A stretch of DNA of 64,000 nt from Octopus vulgaris (GCA_951406725.2 OX597814.1:126418001-126482000); one strand, 5' to 3'. Shown: positions 14,565 through 29,044, counted from the stretch's first letter. Numbers and translations are program-made. Notes: generated by a model not told the origin, from the letters alone.

Positions 14565-15050
14565 TAATCCTTTCTGCTATAGGCACAAGGCCTGAAATTT
14601 GGGGGAAGGTATTAAGATGATTACATCTACCCCAGTGTGTAACTGGTACTTATTTAATCGACCCTGAAAGGATGAAAGGCAAAATTAGCCTCAGCAGAAT
14701 TTGAACTCAGAGCATGATGACAGATGAAATACTTCCAAGCATTTTGCCCATTATGCTAATGATTCTAATAGGTTACCGCCTTAGTAATAATAATAATAAT
14801 AATAACAGTAATGATGATGATAATGATAATGCTTTCAAATTTTGCCACAAGGGCAGCCAGTTTTTGGGGAGGGGATGAGTCAATTACATCGATCTCAGTG
14901 TTTCACTGGTACTTGCTTTAAAAACCCCAAAAGGATGAAAGGCAAAGTCAACCACAGCAGAATTTGAACTCAGAGTGTAAAGACAGACACAATGCCACTA
15001 TGCATTTTGTCTGGTGTGCTAATGATTCTGCCAGCTTGCCACATTAATAA
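14565..15050 (-). mobile_element. Two tandem SINEs, family B (Deu/Nin-domain-like), separated by (TAA)n
   Basis: Reverse complement of ttctgagttcaaattc..gaggtcgactttgcctttcatcctttcggggtcgataaattaagtaccag; each copy bounded by TAA/TGA repeats. Confidence 0.7.
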
Positions 15051-18000
15051 TAATAATTTTAAAAAATGCCTTGATGCAGTACCAAGCAGTAGCTCTTGTG
15101 GCTTCTGATCTTAACTGATTGGAAGTGTTATCATGTACATTGTTTTGTCTTGGTATAAAAAATGGACTACAGCAAATATTCAAACACAACTGAAAACAAT
15201 ACCTCCACCTTCGCTAAGGCAGAGGTAATAAGGGTAATAATAATAATAATGGTAATTGCTACTGAGGCAAGTGATGAGGAAGACATTACAAGGATAATTT
15301 ACAATCTGTATGGGGGTTTACATAAAAAAAAAGTTATGAAAGGTAAAAAGGAGAATTGAGGCAAATACACGACAAAAACTTACACAGTATATGAAATATG
15401 TGAACACATAGATCAGAGTTGATTTATGGCTAGAAAGCACCACATCACACACACATTTCCAGCGTTTCTACATGTTTCTTTGTGTAATTGTGTGTTTAAA
15501 TGTGTGCTTAAACGTGTGTGTTTGCAAATGTACTTGTATGATTGTATGTGTGTGTGTGTATGTGTGTGTGTTTGTATATGTGTAGGTGTGTCTGTATAGT
15601 GAAGTGTTAATGAAGACTTGTTTTCTCTATTCTGCTATTTCGCAAAGAAATTCTCAAACTAAATAGAATTAATTAATTTAATAATAAATTAATTAATTTA
15701 AATAAACACAGAAATTAACAATATAAGTAATAAAACAAACTGATCATGTAATAAAGAACTGACCATTTAAAGAACTGGACAGATGTGACAGAGGTTAGTG
15801 AACAGGTCACAAGAGTGTGATAAATGACCCTCATACCAAATAATTAAATAATTAAAGAGTAAAAGAAATAAACAGTGATGATGATAATGATGATGATGAC
15901 AATTATCATCATCATCATCATCATCACTATCACCATCATCACCATCATTATTATTATGAAGTCAGTGAGCAGGTAGAAGCATTAAAGCATGAGAGGAAAT
16001 GCTTTGCCATATTTCTTCCAGTTCTTTACATTCCATCAGATTCAAATTCTGCCAAAGTTAACTTTGCATTTCATCCTTTCAGGATCGACAAAACTAAAGT
16101 AGCATGCAAGTGCTGGGGGGAGTGGGTCAGTGGTATTTACTAACCCCCCTTGAAAACTACTGGCAGAATTGTTGACACACCAGACAAAATGCTGAGTGGC
16201 GTTTCATTTGTCTTTACTTTCTGAGTTCAAATGTCACTGAGGTCAACTTTGCCTTTCATTATTTCAGAGTCAATAAAATCAATACCAGTTGAGCAATGGG
16301 ATCAATATAATCAACTAGCCCCCACCACACACACACACACACACAATTTCAGGCCTCATGCCTATAGTAGAAAGGATTAGAGAATGAGGGATTAGTAGAA
16401 TCATTAAAATGTTATTCAAAATGCTTTGCAATATTTATTCTGTCTACATTATGGATTCAAATCCTGCTGAGATCAGCCTTGCCTTTCATTCCTCTGGTGT
16501 TGATAGGAAAGAATAGTCTAGTACTGTGGTTGATGTGATTAACTACCCCACCCCAACTCTTCTTATAATTGCTGGCCACAAGATCTAAACATGTAATGCA
16601 AAATGTCTCATACAATAAAAGGTTAAGTGAAAAAAACTAAGAGGTAAGCAGCCACTCTGACCACCTTCCTCTCTGACTTGCCTTGTATTGGATCCTTTGA
16701 AATTGCCCAAGAACATCATCAATTTTGTCCAAACTGCAAAGTCTCCTACACCCTCTGGATAGTACATAGTTTTCTTTTTTACTATCATTAAACCATTGGT
16801 TGGGTTTCTATCAGTTATCTATGATCTTTGGATGGAATATGCTCAACATACAGTATTTTTTTGCTTTTTGTTTTAGCTTTTTTGGTAGTTCCATTATAGA
16901 TCAGGGTTTTCATTTTGGACAACCAGGAAGTTTAGCTTTTCCTTGGAGATGGATTCTTTTTCACTTTCTTTCTAATCTTGTTGTCCTCAGTGGTTTCCCT
17001 ACTTTCTCTAGGCTCCAGCCCATCATACTGCTGACAGCCTCTGGTCAGCTCTATACTGGAGGAGGTGAGGTCTCATCTTCTTGCTTTCATATCTATCTCA
17101 CTGGCCCCTGTCTGAATTTGGTGACTGTGAGGATCATTGTCTATGCTTCTGACCTAATTATCCTCTGAACTTTGACTGGTAGCGTTGTAACAATAGCACC
17201 CACCTCTCATTTTCAGTTTTCCCTCTCTGGTTCAAACTCCAATACATGTAGCAGAATAATATCAAGAAACAGAGATCTATAAAAGAATGAATGAAGTACT
17301 GTGGTTGATACGATTGACTAAAAAACTTAACATTCAAGGTGATACCCGAACATAGCAACAGTTAATGACTGAAGCCAGTAAAAGAGTTTTTAAGAAAATA
17401 GAAGTGATAATTTACTTGGTTTTTTTTCTTTGCTCACTACATAATTATTTCTGGTTAGCCTTGTAATGATTCTTCCTGCATTAAATGAGTTAACACTAAT
17501 TTAATGATGGTTATTACAAGTTAACTTGCTTAAATATTCCCTCATTACTTCTTTCACAGTTTTAACATTTTAAAACAGTTTTAGCACTATAACTGCTAAC
17601 AGATCTTTTGACAATCCAGCAAGGGAACATCCCTATGGTTACTTGATTTGCTACCCTCAAATTACTCTTTACCAGCTTTAAAACAAAAAAAAAAGCAAGG
17701 ATGTATTGAATAGTTTAGAGTTCTGAGATACCCTGTGTCTAAATAAAAATAGACTGGTTGACCATATTTGACTGCTGCTAACTATAAGCTACTTAATCAA
17801 CACTGACTTAGGGCTAAATAACTACTGAATATATTACATTAAAAACTCCAGGCATTTGTGCCTACATGGGAGCCTATGTGATCATTCAACTAACTAGATA
17901 TAGCAGCCAAATCTCTCTCAAATCACACATTATCATGTTTATTATTGTTTAGCTTCACCATAATTGAGCTTTTTATAAGCATTTACCTAAAATTAAGATA

Positions 18001-18489
18001 GATATATTACTATTATCGCCATTTAACACCCATGTTCCTTACTCGCATAGGTTAGATGGTTTGACAGAATCAGTGGGCCCAAAGACTACATTCTGCTCAT
18101 GTGTCTGCTTTGGCATGGTTTCTACAGCTGAATGCACTTCCTATTGCCAGCTACCTTATAGTGTGTACTAGGTGCATTTTTCATGCCACCTGTACTATAA
18201 GATCACCATGTAGTCTGCAACAGTACAAACCCCAATGAGGTGTGTACTATTTTGTTAGGAGATAAAGAAGAGGAGAGGGATGAAGTATGAGGAAAAAGGG
18301 CCAGAGTTGAACAAGTTTCTTGTAGAGAATGTGACATTTCAATAGTAGGGTTAAGTATTAAAATATTAAGATTTTGACATGCCTGGTTAAAATATTTTGC
18401 CATTTTTAGCTTATGTACTGTATTAATTTATTTCCTATCTTTTTTGTATGTTGTTTTAACTTATCAACTTTTTCCTTTCAAAACTTCAG

Positions 18490-18730
18490 CTACCTGTATT
18501 ACACTGACTGGGGTACAGAACCAAAGATTGCCAGAGCATTTTTGGATGGTTCTGAGATTGAAATTCTCAAGAGTGAAGATTTAAGTAGCCCTAATGGGTT
18601 AACTATTGATAATGGTCAACTCTATGTGACAGACTCTAATTACCAGAATAAAACATCTGGACCACAGATATGGTTATTCAATATGGCTACTAATGAGTGG
18701 AAGCGATTTCCAGTGTCTACAGACCTCAAG
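18490..18730 (+). CDS. LRP-like exon 4 (YWTD repeats)
   Basis: ttcag/gtatgt; YLYYTDWGTEPKIARAFLDGS...SPNGLTIDNGQLYVTDS...STDLK; phase 2 to 0. Confidence 0.95.
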
Positions 18731-20109
18731 GTATGTTCTCAAAATTAAAGCAGTTCTTTCTTAGAACAAATAAAATCAATTGGTATCAGAAGTAAAAAGA
18801 ATCTAACTCTCCAGGTTCTTAAATCCTTCAATAGAAACTGTGTCTTCTTCTACTGACCAAGAGTTTGAAATGATAGATTTTTTTTTTCCTATTCCTCACA
18901 TCAATTGATTTTATTTGATTATTCGATATTCTGCAAAATTTCCTTTTTGATTAATTGTTGCTGACACAGACCCTCAGGGTTTGGATTTTATTTTAGTGTC
19001 ACAATTAATTAACTAATTCTCACCATCATTATTCATCATGTTCACCACCATCATTATCATCTTATCCCTTATAAACATATCATCATCATCACTGTCACCA
19101 CCGCCATTATTATCATCATCAACACCATTGCCATCACCACCATCATGTCATCTTTATCAGCACAATCACCATTATCCTCACCACCAACACCACATTCATC
19201 AACAGCATCATTGTCATCATCATCAACACTGTTATTGTTAACAGTCGTCATATCATCAATTTCACCAGTACTACCATCATCCTCTTCACAACCTCTTATA
19301 AACATATCATCATCATCACTGTCACCACCACCACCATCATTATCATCATCAACACCATTGCCATCACCACTACTACCATTATCATCATTTCCAAGAACCA
19401 ATGTAGGAGTTCAGTTTAAATCAATTATTCATATATCCAGTATATTTAAAACCTACCTAGGTAAGGGAACAGATGCACTTAATCTATACAATAATGTACC
19501 CAGTTAAAAGTATGAACTGTAAGCTAGAATTTTACATTTGTTACTATATTTCTAATGAAGAGACTGCATGTATTTCAATTAATTTTCAATATAATCAAAA
19601 TCATTTTCATGATCATTTAACGTCCATTTTCCTTGGAAGGACAAACTGCATAATGTAAATTTAAATTCATTGATTGAATGAAAAAGACAGAATGGCCATG
19701 GTTGGAATGCCTTTAATCATAGGTTTGCTTCATTAGAGCTAAACAATAATAATGTATTATATATTAGATATCTAGTCAACTTCGGTGTCTCTATATATTC
19801 AGTCAACCAGCTAGAAATAACAGCCAAACCTCCCTCAAATGATACCCCACCATCTTGAAAAAGGAAAGATACAACAGATGATGTAGTTTTGATATTGGTC
19901 ACTTTCAGCCCAATATATATTACACACATATTGACAAACTGAAATCTTATCTCATTCATCAGATTTTAATATAAATATTAACACATTTGTATGGGTGAGT
20001 TGGTGTCAAGGAATTAAACCAGCTGCCAATATGATGTAAATTACAAGCTATTTAGTTTCTTCATAAAAGTTCATTTTAGTGTGATCACACTTTTAGATCA
20101 ATACGACTG

Positions 20110-20472
20110 CATCTAAAGAAACAGGGTCTTTTGTTTTAAGAGGCCTTATGTTATCATTATAGAGCTTTAGATTGGTTACCATTGGAGATAATCACATAGA
20201 TATATTGGTCTCTTCTACAGTTAGACAGCCAGAGAGACAAGGTTTCTTAGTTCAAGTAAACTTTCATTATTATTGGAGAGCCTCATACTCTTAGACTGGT
20301 GTATCTGCAACTAGACAGCTAGAGAGACAAGTTTCCTTGATTAGGAAGAATTTTAATTATCTTTAGAAAGTTTCACACTTTTAAATTGGTATTAGTGCTG
20401 TTAACCAGGAAGAGACAGGGTTACTTGGCTCTGGATAATTTTGGTTATCATTGTAGAGCATCGCAGATTGGT
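20110..20472. repeat. Degenerate tandem repeat, ~90-bp unit, ~4 copies
   Basis: Recurring agagagaca(a/g)g...ttatcatt...agag...agattggt blocks start near 20115, 20231, 20321 and 20409. Confidence 0.55.
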
Positions 20473-21440
20473 AATTCTGAAGCCAGAAAATTCTATCAAA
20501 TTTACTGTAGAATGTTATATTAATACATTTATTACTGAAAATATGATGTAATTATGGCCATGTGCATTATACTGATATCATTACAGATATTTGTTATATA
20601 TTATATATATTATAGCTATATCAGATGGTTTTATAACCATATCAGTGTAACTGATTATTGTCACTTGATGGATTTATGATGTCATGCTTGTTGTAATGGC
20701 TCGTGTTATTGTTGTAATCATAACTCTCAAACTGATATTATTGTTATAATATTTGTTATATCGTTTCTGATATCATCATTGGTCATGCACAAGATAGCAA
20801 GTCCGCAGAATTTTTAGCTCATCAGACAAAATGCAAAGCAGCATTTCTTTCAGCTCTTTACAGTCTCAGTTCAAACTTTGCTTTCATCTTTACTGGGCAA
20901 TAAAATACATGTCAGTCAAGTCAATGATAATGACTAACTCATCACCCCAAAAATTTCTGGCACTGTACCAAAACTAGAAAGAATTATTAATCACACTACA
21001 TTAATTATGCCTTATTCAGTTTTCATTCTGATCGAACTCACTCCCTAATGCTTGTCTACATTCCTTTTTAAATTATTTCTAATTTAAATTCTTGGGTAAT
21101 CTCCCTTGCCTTTCTTGACCAGAATTAATTTTTATAATAATGACTTTTCATCTCACTGTTGGTGTAGTTTTATTTAAATGAAATTTCTTGTCACCATAGA
21201 TTATATTAGCTCCCACTTTACTAGATAACATTATAGTCAGGTCTGTCATCTTAAGATTGACCTTTCAACATATGGTCCTTCTTCTGAGGAGGAGGAACAA
21301 TGACCTTGCTCTTGTTCCACATTGATAAGGTTGATGCTTAACTGGTATTGTAAAAAAAAAAAAAAAAGCATCAACTTGTGAGAAATGTTCTACTTAACAT
21401 AGTTACCAAAATGTTACTTTTCTTTCTATTCTTTCTCCAG

Positions 21441-21621
21441 CTTCCTCGTGGAATTACTCAACAAGATGATACTTTATATTACACTGATTGGTCAACAGAA
21501 GAGGATACAGAAGGCTTCATATTCCAGTATAACTTAAAGAAGTCTACTCTCAATAAAACCCCCCTAATTACAGGAATTAAACCCACAGGACTTCATTATT
21601 CCCATCGACAAATTTCTTCAG
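21441..21621 (+). CDS. LRP-like exon 5 (end of propeller 1)
   Basis: ctccag/gtaact; LPRGITQQDDTLYYTDWSTEE...IKPTGLHYSHRQISS; phase 0 to 1. Confidence 0.92.
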
Positions 21622-23076
21622 GTAACTCTACTATCTTTTTTGCACCTTTTCATTATAGTTACCTTCTGTCTATTCTTCTAACACACACACACACACACAC
21701 ACGGTTACTCAACCTGCTACACATATCAACTAAATCTGTATTATATACTCATACATAGGTGCAGACATTGCTGTAAAATTATGAAGTTTGCTTCCCAACT
21801 ACTTGATTTCGAGCTGGCAGAAACGTTAGAATACCAGGTGAAATGCTTAGCAGTATTTCATCTGCCGCTACGTTCTGAGTTCAAATTCCTTCGAGGTCGA
21901 CTTTGCCTTTCATTCTTTCGGGGAAGATTAAACAAGTACCAGTCATGCACTGGGGTCGATATAATTGACTGAATCCCTTTGTCTGTCCTTCTTTGTCCCC
22001 TCTGTGTGTAGACCCTTGTGGGCAGTAAAGAAATAAGATTCAGTCCTACTGTGTTGTATCTATGACAAGTGTCTTCTGTTATACACTAAGGCCTTATGAG
22101 TGGATCTAGTGGACAGAAACTGAAAGAAGCCCATTATTTACGTGTGTGTGCACATGTGCTCATATGTTTGAATGATTTTGTATTTGTTGTGTTTTACTCG
22201 CTAGTTTCAGTGACTAGTGGCAAACAATGATTTTACTAACTGTATCATTTGCTTGTAATTCACTACAAAAGCATATCCAGGCTGTTGTTTGATAGTAATT
22301 ATTTGGCAATATGCTATGCTCAGGAAGACCCATTCATCAAAGTAACATTGAGGCTGTAAAGGTGTGTCCTTTATGTCTATGCCATACACTTCTGTTCCCA
22401 AAACCCAAATAGACAACCTGTCCTTGACAAACCTCTCCACCATGACCCATCTCACCACTTCCTTCTTTCCCCATCTGTGCTCCCCTCCCTTCTATCTCCC
22501 AGAATCCTACCATCATACAATGTCCATCAATTCTCTTCCCCACAACCACATCCTCCTAATAACCCCTCCTAACTATGACCACTCAGTACATTTGTCCCAT
22601 CCATCTCTCACTCTCCTTTCACAATCTCATGAACTTACCCACCCACTCATCCTCTCAAATCCCTGGTCCACTCACTATATACTATGTAGACTTCCCTGTA
22701 ACTGGGGTCTGTGTCGTCACATCTTCACCATCTTATCTCTCTTCACCCTCTCTCTCTCTCTCTTTCTCTCTCTCCCTCCTCTTTCCATTTTTCACCACCT
22801 GATGTAGCTATGTACCTCATGTACTACAAGACACCTATATCTATCCCTCAGTACTACTCCTTCCTCAGTTGAGAGGTCTTGTCTTGCAAGTTACTTGGTG
22901 ACCTCACTGCTACTGGTGTCACATAAAAGTATCCTGTACACTCTGTAAAGTGATAGGCATCAGTTAGTGCATCCAATCATAGAAACCATACAAAAGCAGC
23001 TTTCTGACTTGCCAGCTCCTGTTGAACCAAGCAACCCATGACATTATGGAAAACAGATATTAAACAAATGAGGATG

Positions 23077-23136
<60 letters not shown>

Positions 23137-23166
23137 TGTGGTTTTGTGTGCATGTGTGTGTGCATA

Positions 23167-24012
23167 CAGGGTGTGGTGGGTAAATTGTCACCATTTTATA
23201 TCTTGAATTTCACAGATGTGCATTGTTTGTTTTTGGTTTTGTTGGCTACAATACAGTAGAGTCAGCACCATGATGCAATTCACCCTGATAGAAATTTGGA
23301 AATGACATGCTGTACTGTTTGGCATTCGTGCCGGAAGCTCCAATACAAACTTTGCAGACTGTCTGGGTGTCAATTTGAAGAGAGATTTTCTCAAAAGCAT
23401 GTACCAAGAGTGATAAAAATCAAACATCATGATGTTTGGAGTGATCACTATTGATGGCGATGTTATGCCTCCATTTATCTTCCTACACAGCCTCAGACTC
23501 AACACAGGCCTACATCAAGTGCTTGGGGGAGGTAGTGCTGTCCTGGGTCAAGAAGGTGGCTGCTGGAAGATCCTTTGTCTGACAACAGGACTCTGTACCA
23601 TGCCATACAAGCAGGAGATCCTAGTCATGGCTGTCAGACAATCTCTGCAACCACATCACCCCTAACATCTGGCCACCTAACTCTCTAGACTGTAACCCAC
23701 TTGATTATTATGTGCAGGGTGCAATTGAGCAAGAGAACCACAAAACTCCTTGTAACACCAAAGGTGAACTGAAGACAAGGATTATGGCAGTATTCACCAA
23801 CTTTAACAACGAAACCATCTAGACAAGTTGCAGGAGATTCCAAAGTCGTCTGGAGGCCATGGTTAAAGCCAATGGTGATTTTACTGAATAAATTTACTCT
23901 TTAGTATTTCAAAATATTTTTATGTAATTTTGGAAAATATTTGTTAAAATGACATGTCAGTGTTATTTTCATTTTTGCGTAATTTAGACAACAATATATT
24001 CACCACATCCTG
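23167..24012 (+). mobile_element. Tc1/mariner-superfamily relic, internally deleted
   Basis: TA-flanked TIRs cagggtgtggtgggtaaattgtc / gacaacaatatattcaccacatcctg; remnants MMFGVITIDGDVMPPFIF, QQDS and WPPNSLDCNPLDYYV; a related left-end fragment lies at ~32552-32780. Confidence 0.8.
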
Positions 24013-24061
24013 TATTTGTGTGTGTGTGTGAATATATATATGAATGTGTATAATGTGTGTG

Positions 24062-24107
<46 letters not shown>

Positions 24108-24162
24108 TGTATATAATATGTGTGTGTGTATATATATATATGAGAATGGATGTATGTATATA

Positions 24163-24490
24163 TGGCACATGACTTGGTGGTTTGAGCATCGGCTCACAAT
24201 CATGAGATAGTGAGTTCAATTCCCAGACTGAACTGTATGTTGTGTTCTTGAGTAAGACACTTTATTTCATGTTGTTCCAGTTGACACAACTGTAGAAATG
24301 AGTTGTGACATCACTGGTGCCAAACTGTATTGGCCTTTGCCTTTCCTTTGAATAACATTGGTGGTATGGAGAGGGAAAGTTGGTATGCATTGTGACTGCT
24401 GGTCTTCCATAAAAACAACTTTGCCTAGACTTGTGCCTCAGAGGAGAACTTTCAAGGTGCAATCTCATGGTCATTCATGATTGAAGGAGA
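24163..24490 (+). mobile_element. tRNA-derived SINE, family C
   Basis: tRNA-like head then gtgttcttgagtaagacactttatttca; closely similar copy at 38696-39020. Confidence 0.75.
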
Positions 24491-24823
24491 TCTTTACTTT
24501 ACTATGTAAATGTTAAACTAATAATTACACTTTGTTTTCATTTTGCCTTTTGTGTTGTTATTTTTGTCATAAATTCTGAATATATACACACGCACACAGT
24601 CACTGGTTTCCTTCTAATATGGACTGATGTTTCAACTATCTGTTGCAAGGAAACAGTTATTCAAATATACTTCCTCTGTAACACTGAAGCTTTTCTCTAT
24701 CATGGATTATTACAATTACTTTCTTGAATTTCTTTTTCTCTCTTAAATATCACTCTCTATCTCTATCTATCTGTATATATATGTGCATGTATGATGTTTA
24801 CTTATATGCATTTGATATTTCAG

Positions 24824-24964
24824 AGCCTGATGCAACATGTGATAATGCCGCCTGCTCTGACGAATGTATTCGTACTCCTGCTGACTATTCTTCTGAACGA
24901 TTCCATTGCTCATGCCCAGATTCATACAACCTGATATTATCATCAGATAAGGCCATTTGTAAAG
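24824..24964 (+). CDS. LRP-like exon 6 (EGF-like domain)
   Basis: tttcag/gtaatt; EPDATCDNAACSDECIRTPADYSSERFHCSCPDSYNLILSSDKAICK, six Cys in EGF spacing; phase 1 to 1. Confidence 0.92.
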
Positions 24965-25859
24965 GTAATTATACTTCATTACCAAACATTAAAATTAACC
25001 AGTCATCACTTTATGAAATATTGTTTTTTTTTTTAGACTTTTAAGATATAATTAGTTTCTTAAATTAAATTACAATTTGCTGCCAACATTTGCTAGGTTC
25101 TATTAATATCTTGTCTGAGGAAATTTTAAGAAAACATTTAAAACTGAGGAATGTATCATTCATTTATCTAATTTGATCAAATCTGAAAGTACCTCATTAT
25201 AATGAAAGCATTAACCATTACTAAGTAGTTGTTGTTACATGTTGATTCTGACTACTGAACAGACCTATGCTGGAAGTTATTCTGGCCATGACTATTTCCT
25301 CTGTGGGTGTATGATAGTAGGATGCAATTTGAGGGAAATTTGGTGCTGTTTTTATCAGGTCAAGGAACCATATAGCAGCTCCATTGCTAGTTAATTTTCT
25401 TCAGACACATCTTTATGCTTGCTGTTATTGTTGTTGTTAATTAGCATGAATCATCTGTGCTTAAGAAAAGCTATAATAGACTTATAGCACAAAAGCTGTG
25501 AGTATAATGAAGCTGTAGCACAGTAAGGGAGAGCTATAATATAATGCTTGCTAGTATAGAGGAGCTGTAGTACAGCAGCTACCAGAATAATGGACCTATA
25601 ATACAATAGGGGCCAAAGAATTTCCAGAGTCTATTGCAAAGCAGGAGAGGATACTCTCTCATGTAAGGCTTAAGTATGGCCATATAGAAATTCTTCAATT
25701 ATCTTGTAAGAAGCTGGTTAATCACACTTTTATCCCATAAACATTGATCTGTAGATGTTCATACTGGACATCAGCCATATCAACCATACCAGTGTAGGAG
25801 TAATGGCCTGCAAAGGTCATGAGCAGTACTCCTTCTTTGACTGATTCATTAAAAGAAAC

Positions 25860-26125
25860 ATTGAAAGACTAGGGAAACTAGCCTTGATATTTTATCAGGT
25901 GTAACATGCAAGAGAGAGATGGGAACCAACATAGACATGTGATGCATATGATAGTTGGATAACAAAATACCAAGTGGTCCAAGAGGAAGGAATTTGCAGA
26001 AGAGGAAGACATGAAGCCATAGACAGAAGTGGTAAAGTCTGATCTCAAGTTGTTAAACCATCCAAAGGAGATGACAAATAACTGCAAGATGTTGTTGTAA
26101 AGAAGACGTATCCAATGTATGATTT
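25860..26125 (+). mobile_element. RTE LINE ORF2 C-terminal fragment
   Basis: Remnant RRGRHEAIDRSG / EVVKSDLKLLN..KEMT resembles the RTE terminal GRPRKTW.EVV..DL motif. Confidence 0.5.
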
Positions 26126-26749
26126 AATAGAAAATGAACATAAAGTGATTATGATTATTCTTACATCATCTGAAATTTTGATATGTAGAGAACATGGGGG
26201 AGATAAATTGAATTCTGTCATAGATGCAACTACATATCTCTGGTGTAGAAAATTAAATGCTTCATCCTTTTAAAAACGAAACTGCTCTATTCATATATAT
26301 GAGTGTTATGTAGATTAAAGTTTTATTTCTGAGATAATATTAATGTGATAGCTTCCCCACTAAACTGGTCTAATCTAAAGCTAACAAAGGATCTTCTGTA
26401 TTGTCACTTGACTTTCTAGAAATAGCAGGTAAATGTCCTACAAACAGTAAGTAGGTCTTCTCAATTAGAACTTGCACTGGGCTATGCAACAACTGGTCTC
26501 AACTAGGAGGGCTAATTATTTAATGATCATACAATTATATTTATCAATTCATCAATATAATAATTTAATGTCTGCTTGTTCTTCTATCAATATTGCGATG
26601 CTTTCTGTTTCTTCCCTCAGACAGTCAAATATCTCAATTATAGATTCTTTTGTGCATGTGTGTCTTGCTCACATCAAACTATCGACTTAATGCCTCAATT
26701 CAATGGATTGCAGTTTTAATGTCCATTCTCATTAACATTTTAATTTCAG

Positions 26750-26927
26750 AACCAGAAAATTTCTTAATAGTAGCAGATCTAAATACACTTAAGCTAAAGG
26801 CCCTTGATGACCATCTTGATTCCAAGGTCCATATACTTCACTATGGCCATGCAGACAGCAGCTATGTTGCATTGGTTTACAATGATTTAGATAAAACCCT
26901 GTTTTGGAGTGATCTTCATGAAGGACA
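26750..26927 (+). CDS. LRP-like exon 7 (start of YWTD propeller 2)
   Basis: tttcag/gtaagt; EPENFLIVADLNTLKLKALD...YVALVYNDLDKTLFWSDLHEGQ; phase 1 to 2. Confidence 0.92.
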
Positions 26928-27289
26928 GTAAGTGTTAAGCTTTTCATTTTATTTTATACTACTTCATTTCTTTCTCAATAATAACTTACACCTTAAATCA
27001 TACACAAATATAACACATCTATACTACCTCTATAGATATATTCATCCAGATACCATATCTAACTATATTTCCTCTATATATCATTTATACATATATTCCA
27101 GTCAGCAATGCACTCAACTTCACTAACACCAAGTAGGGGAAAAGGAAATGCTATTAGAGAGGTTGTCAAATGAAAAAATGGATAGGAAAGTGAGGGACCA
27201 AAATAATCAGCTATTGAAATTACCAAGCAGACCAAAATGATCAGCTATTGAAATTACCATCAATGTAGTCAAAAAGGCCAGGAAGGATA

Positions 27290-28330
27290 TGAAAGCAAGG
27301 AAATCAATAGGATCACAAGGGACAGCCACTGAGATGCTAAAAATATCTTGTGAAATAAAACATGCACAAGTTGTCCACTCTGTCAGTCAGGTAGTACTTA
27401 GAACAGGTCATCATCAATGTCTGGCATATCATCAGCTGCTACAAAGGCAAAGGAGATGTTTGAGAAAGAAGCAACTAAAGATGCATCAAACAGATGGACC
27501 AAGCTATCTAAGTAAAAGAAAGAATAACACTACTATTGAGGAAGAAAATTAGCTTAGCTAAGATACAGATGTGGTTTCTATCAAGACAGAGTACCTTTAG
27601 AATGTGTTGACTTGGAATGTGTTGACTAGTTCTTGTCAGTGGATCAATTGAAGAATTAAAGAAGAAAAATTTAAACAAGGAAACAAGACCTAGAATTAAG
27701 AAGCTCAAAATAAATCTAGCAAAGACATAAGTTTTAGTTATCAAAGAAAGATAGGATTGTTGTACCATCTGAGAAGTGACCATACTTGATGTACAGAAAA
27801 AGTGTAATAGAAATGTGTATTCTATGTAAACTATGGCTGCACAACAGTTGCAGGGATCTCAGACAGGTTGAAAGAGAAGGTTTTCATATGTAACAGATGT
27901 GCAGTGGTAAGAGCAGCACCTAAGAAATATATTCTTTCAAGTGTTTGGAGGTCTCCCCCATAGTTGACAGCTTTTATTATTGAGGTGAAGCTAATTACTA
28001 GTGAGTATTCCAAAAACTTAGTAATCAGAATCAGATTGGAGTACATGAAATTCATGTTGTTACTTTGCTTGCAACAAATTAATTCTAAGTGAAGAGTAGA
28101 GTATATGTTACTTGAATATGAAGTGTAGTATTGCATAGTAGTGCAACATAGGCATAGAATGAGGAAGATATGCATTGGCTGGAAAGAAACAAGACAAATA
28201 TGCACCACTAGCAGAAGACAAAAAGGCTAAAAGGGAAACTGTGTAAAAGTAATCAAATATATTATTCAAGAGTGAAAATGACTGTGGTGGCACAGACATA
28301 TGATGCATATAGAGAATGACAGTTCAGGAG
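27290..28330 (+). mobile_element. Highly decayed RTE-like LINE ORF2 fragments
   Basis: Purine-rich, non-microsatellite sequence with broken RTE-like frames and no intact ORF. Confidence 0.4.
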
Positions 28331-28529
28331 AGAAGTACCAACTGATCCAAGCAGAAGGAAAAGGAGGAGGAGGAGGACTAAGGAAGACATGTAAAGAAGT
28401 AATAAAAGATGGTCCCAGGAGATTGAATTCCACAAAAGAAATGACAAAGGACTGCCGCATATGGTGAGGTGCTGTATTATAGAAGACCTGTCCAACCCTT
28501 GCATGGATGAAAAAACACAAACAAAATGG

Positions 28530-28593
28530 TGGCAGTGGTGGTGGTGGTGGTGGTTGGTGGTGGTGGCGGTGGTGGTGGTGGTGGTGGTGGTGG

Positions 28594-28626
<33 letters not shown>

Positions 28627-28630
28627 CAGT
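28530..28630. repeat. Compound (GGT)n(GCT)n microsatellite
   Basis: Directly visible; source of the spurious poly-Q/H/P ORFs. Confidence 0.95.
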
Positions 28631-29012
28631 GACAGCCATTGATTGTCTTCATCATCCTGCCATAAATAGATGTATTTCACCTATATGCCATCTAAAGAAA
28701 AAAAAATATGTATTTCATATCATTGAATTTTACAAATACCTAAATTGTTGACTTTCTTTCATATTCCTTCTGTATTTCAAATAATTTTATCAGTAATTTC
28801 TCCTTATCTCCATGGAGAAATATCAAAATAACACTGACTATTGTATTAAATATAATTATTTTTATTTAATAAATTTTTACCTACATAGAAAACAAGCACA
28901 TACAGACACTGCTGTTACTTTTATTAGTAGTGTTACTGGTATTATTGAGTGAGAGAGCAACACATGCCATCAAAGTGTCACTGAGGTACAAATGTATCAT
29001 TATCATCATCAT

Positions 29013-29044
<32 letters not shown>

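Noticed and set aside
19038-19507. Ser/Pro-, His- or Asp-rich ORFs with an internal ~70-bp duplication
   Set aside because: Degenerate (CAT/CAC)n repeat; exons 4 and 5 already join in phase without it, and there are no convincing splice sites.
28262-28751. Poly-Q/H/P/A ORFs resembling transcription-factor low-complexity regions
   Set aside because: (GGT)n(GCT)n microsatellite at the tail of an RTE-like remnant.
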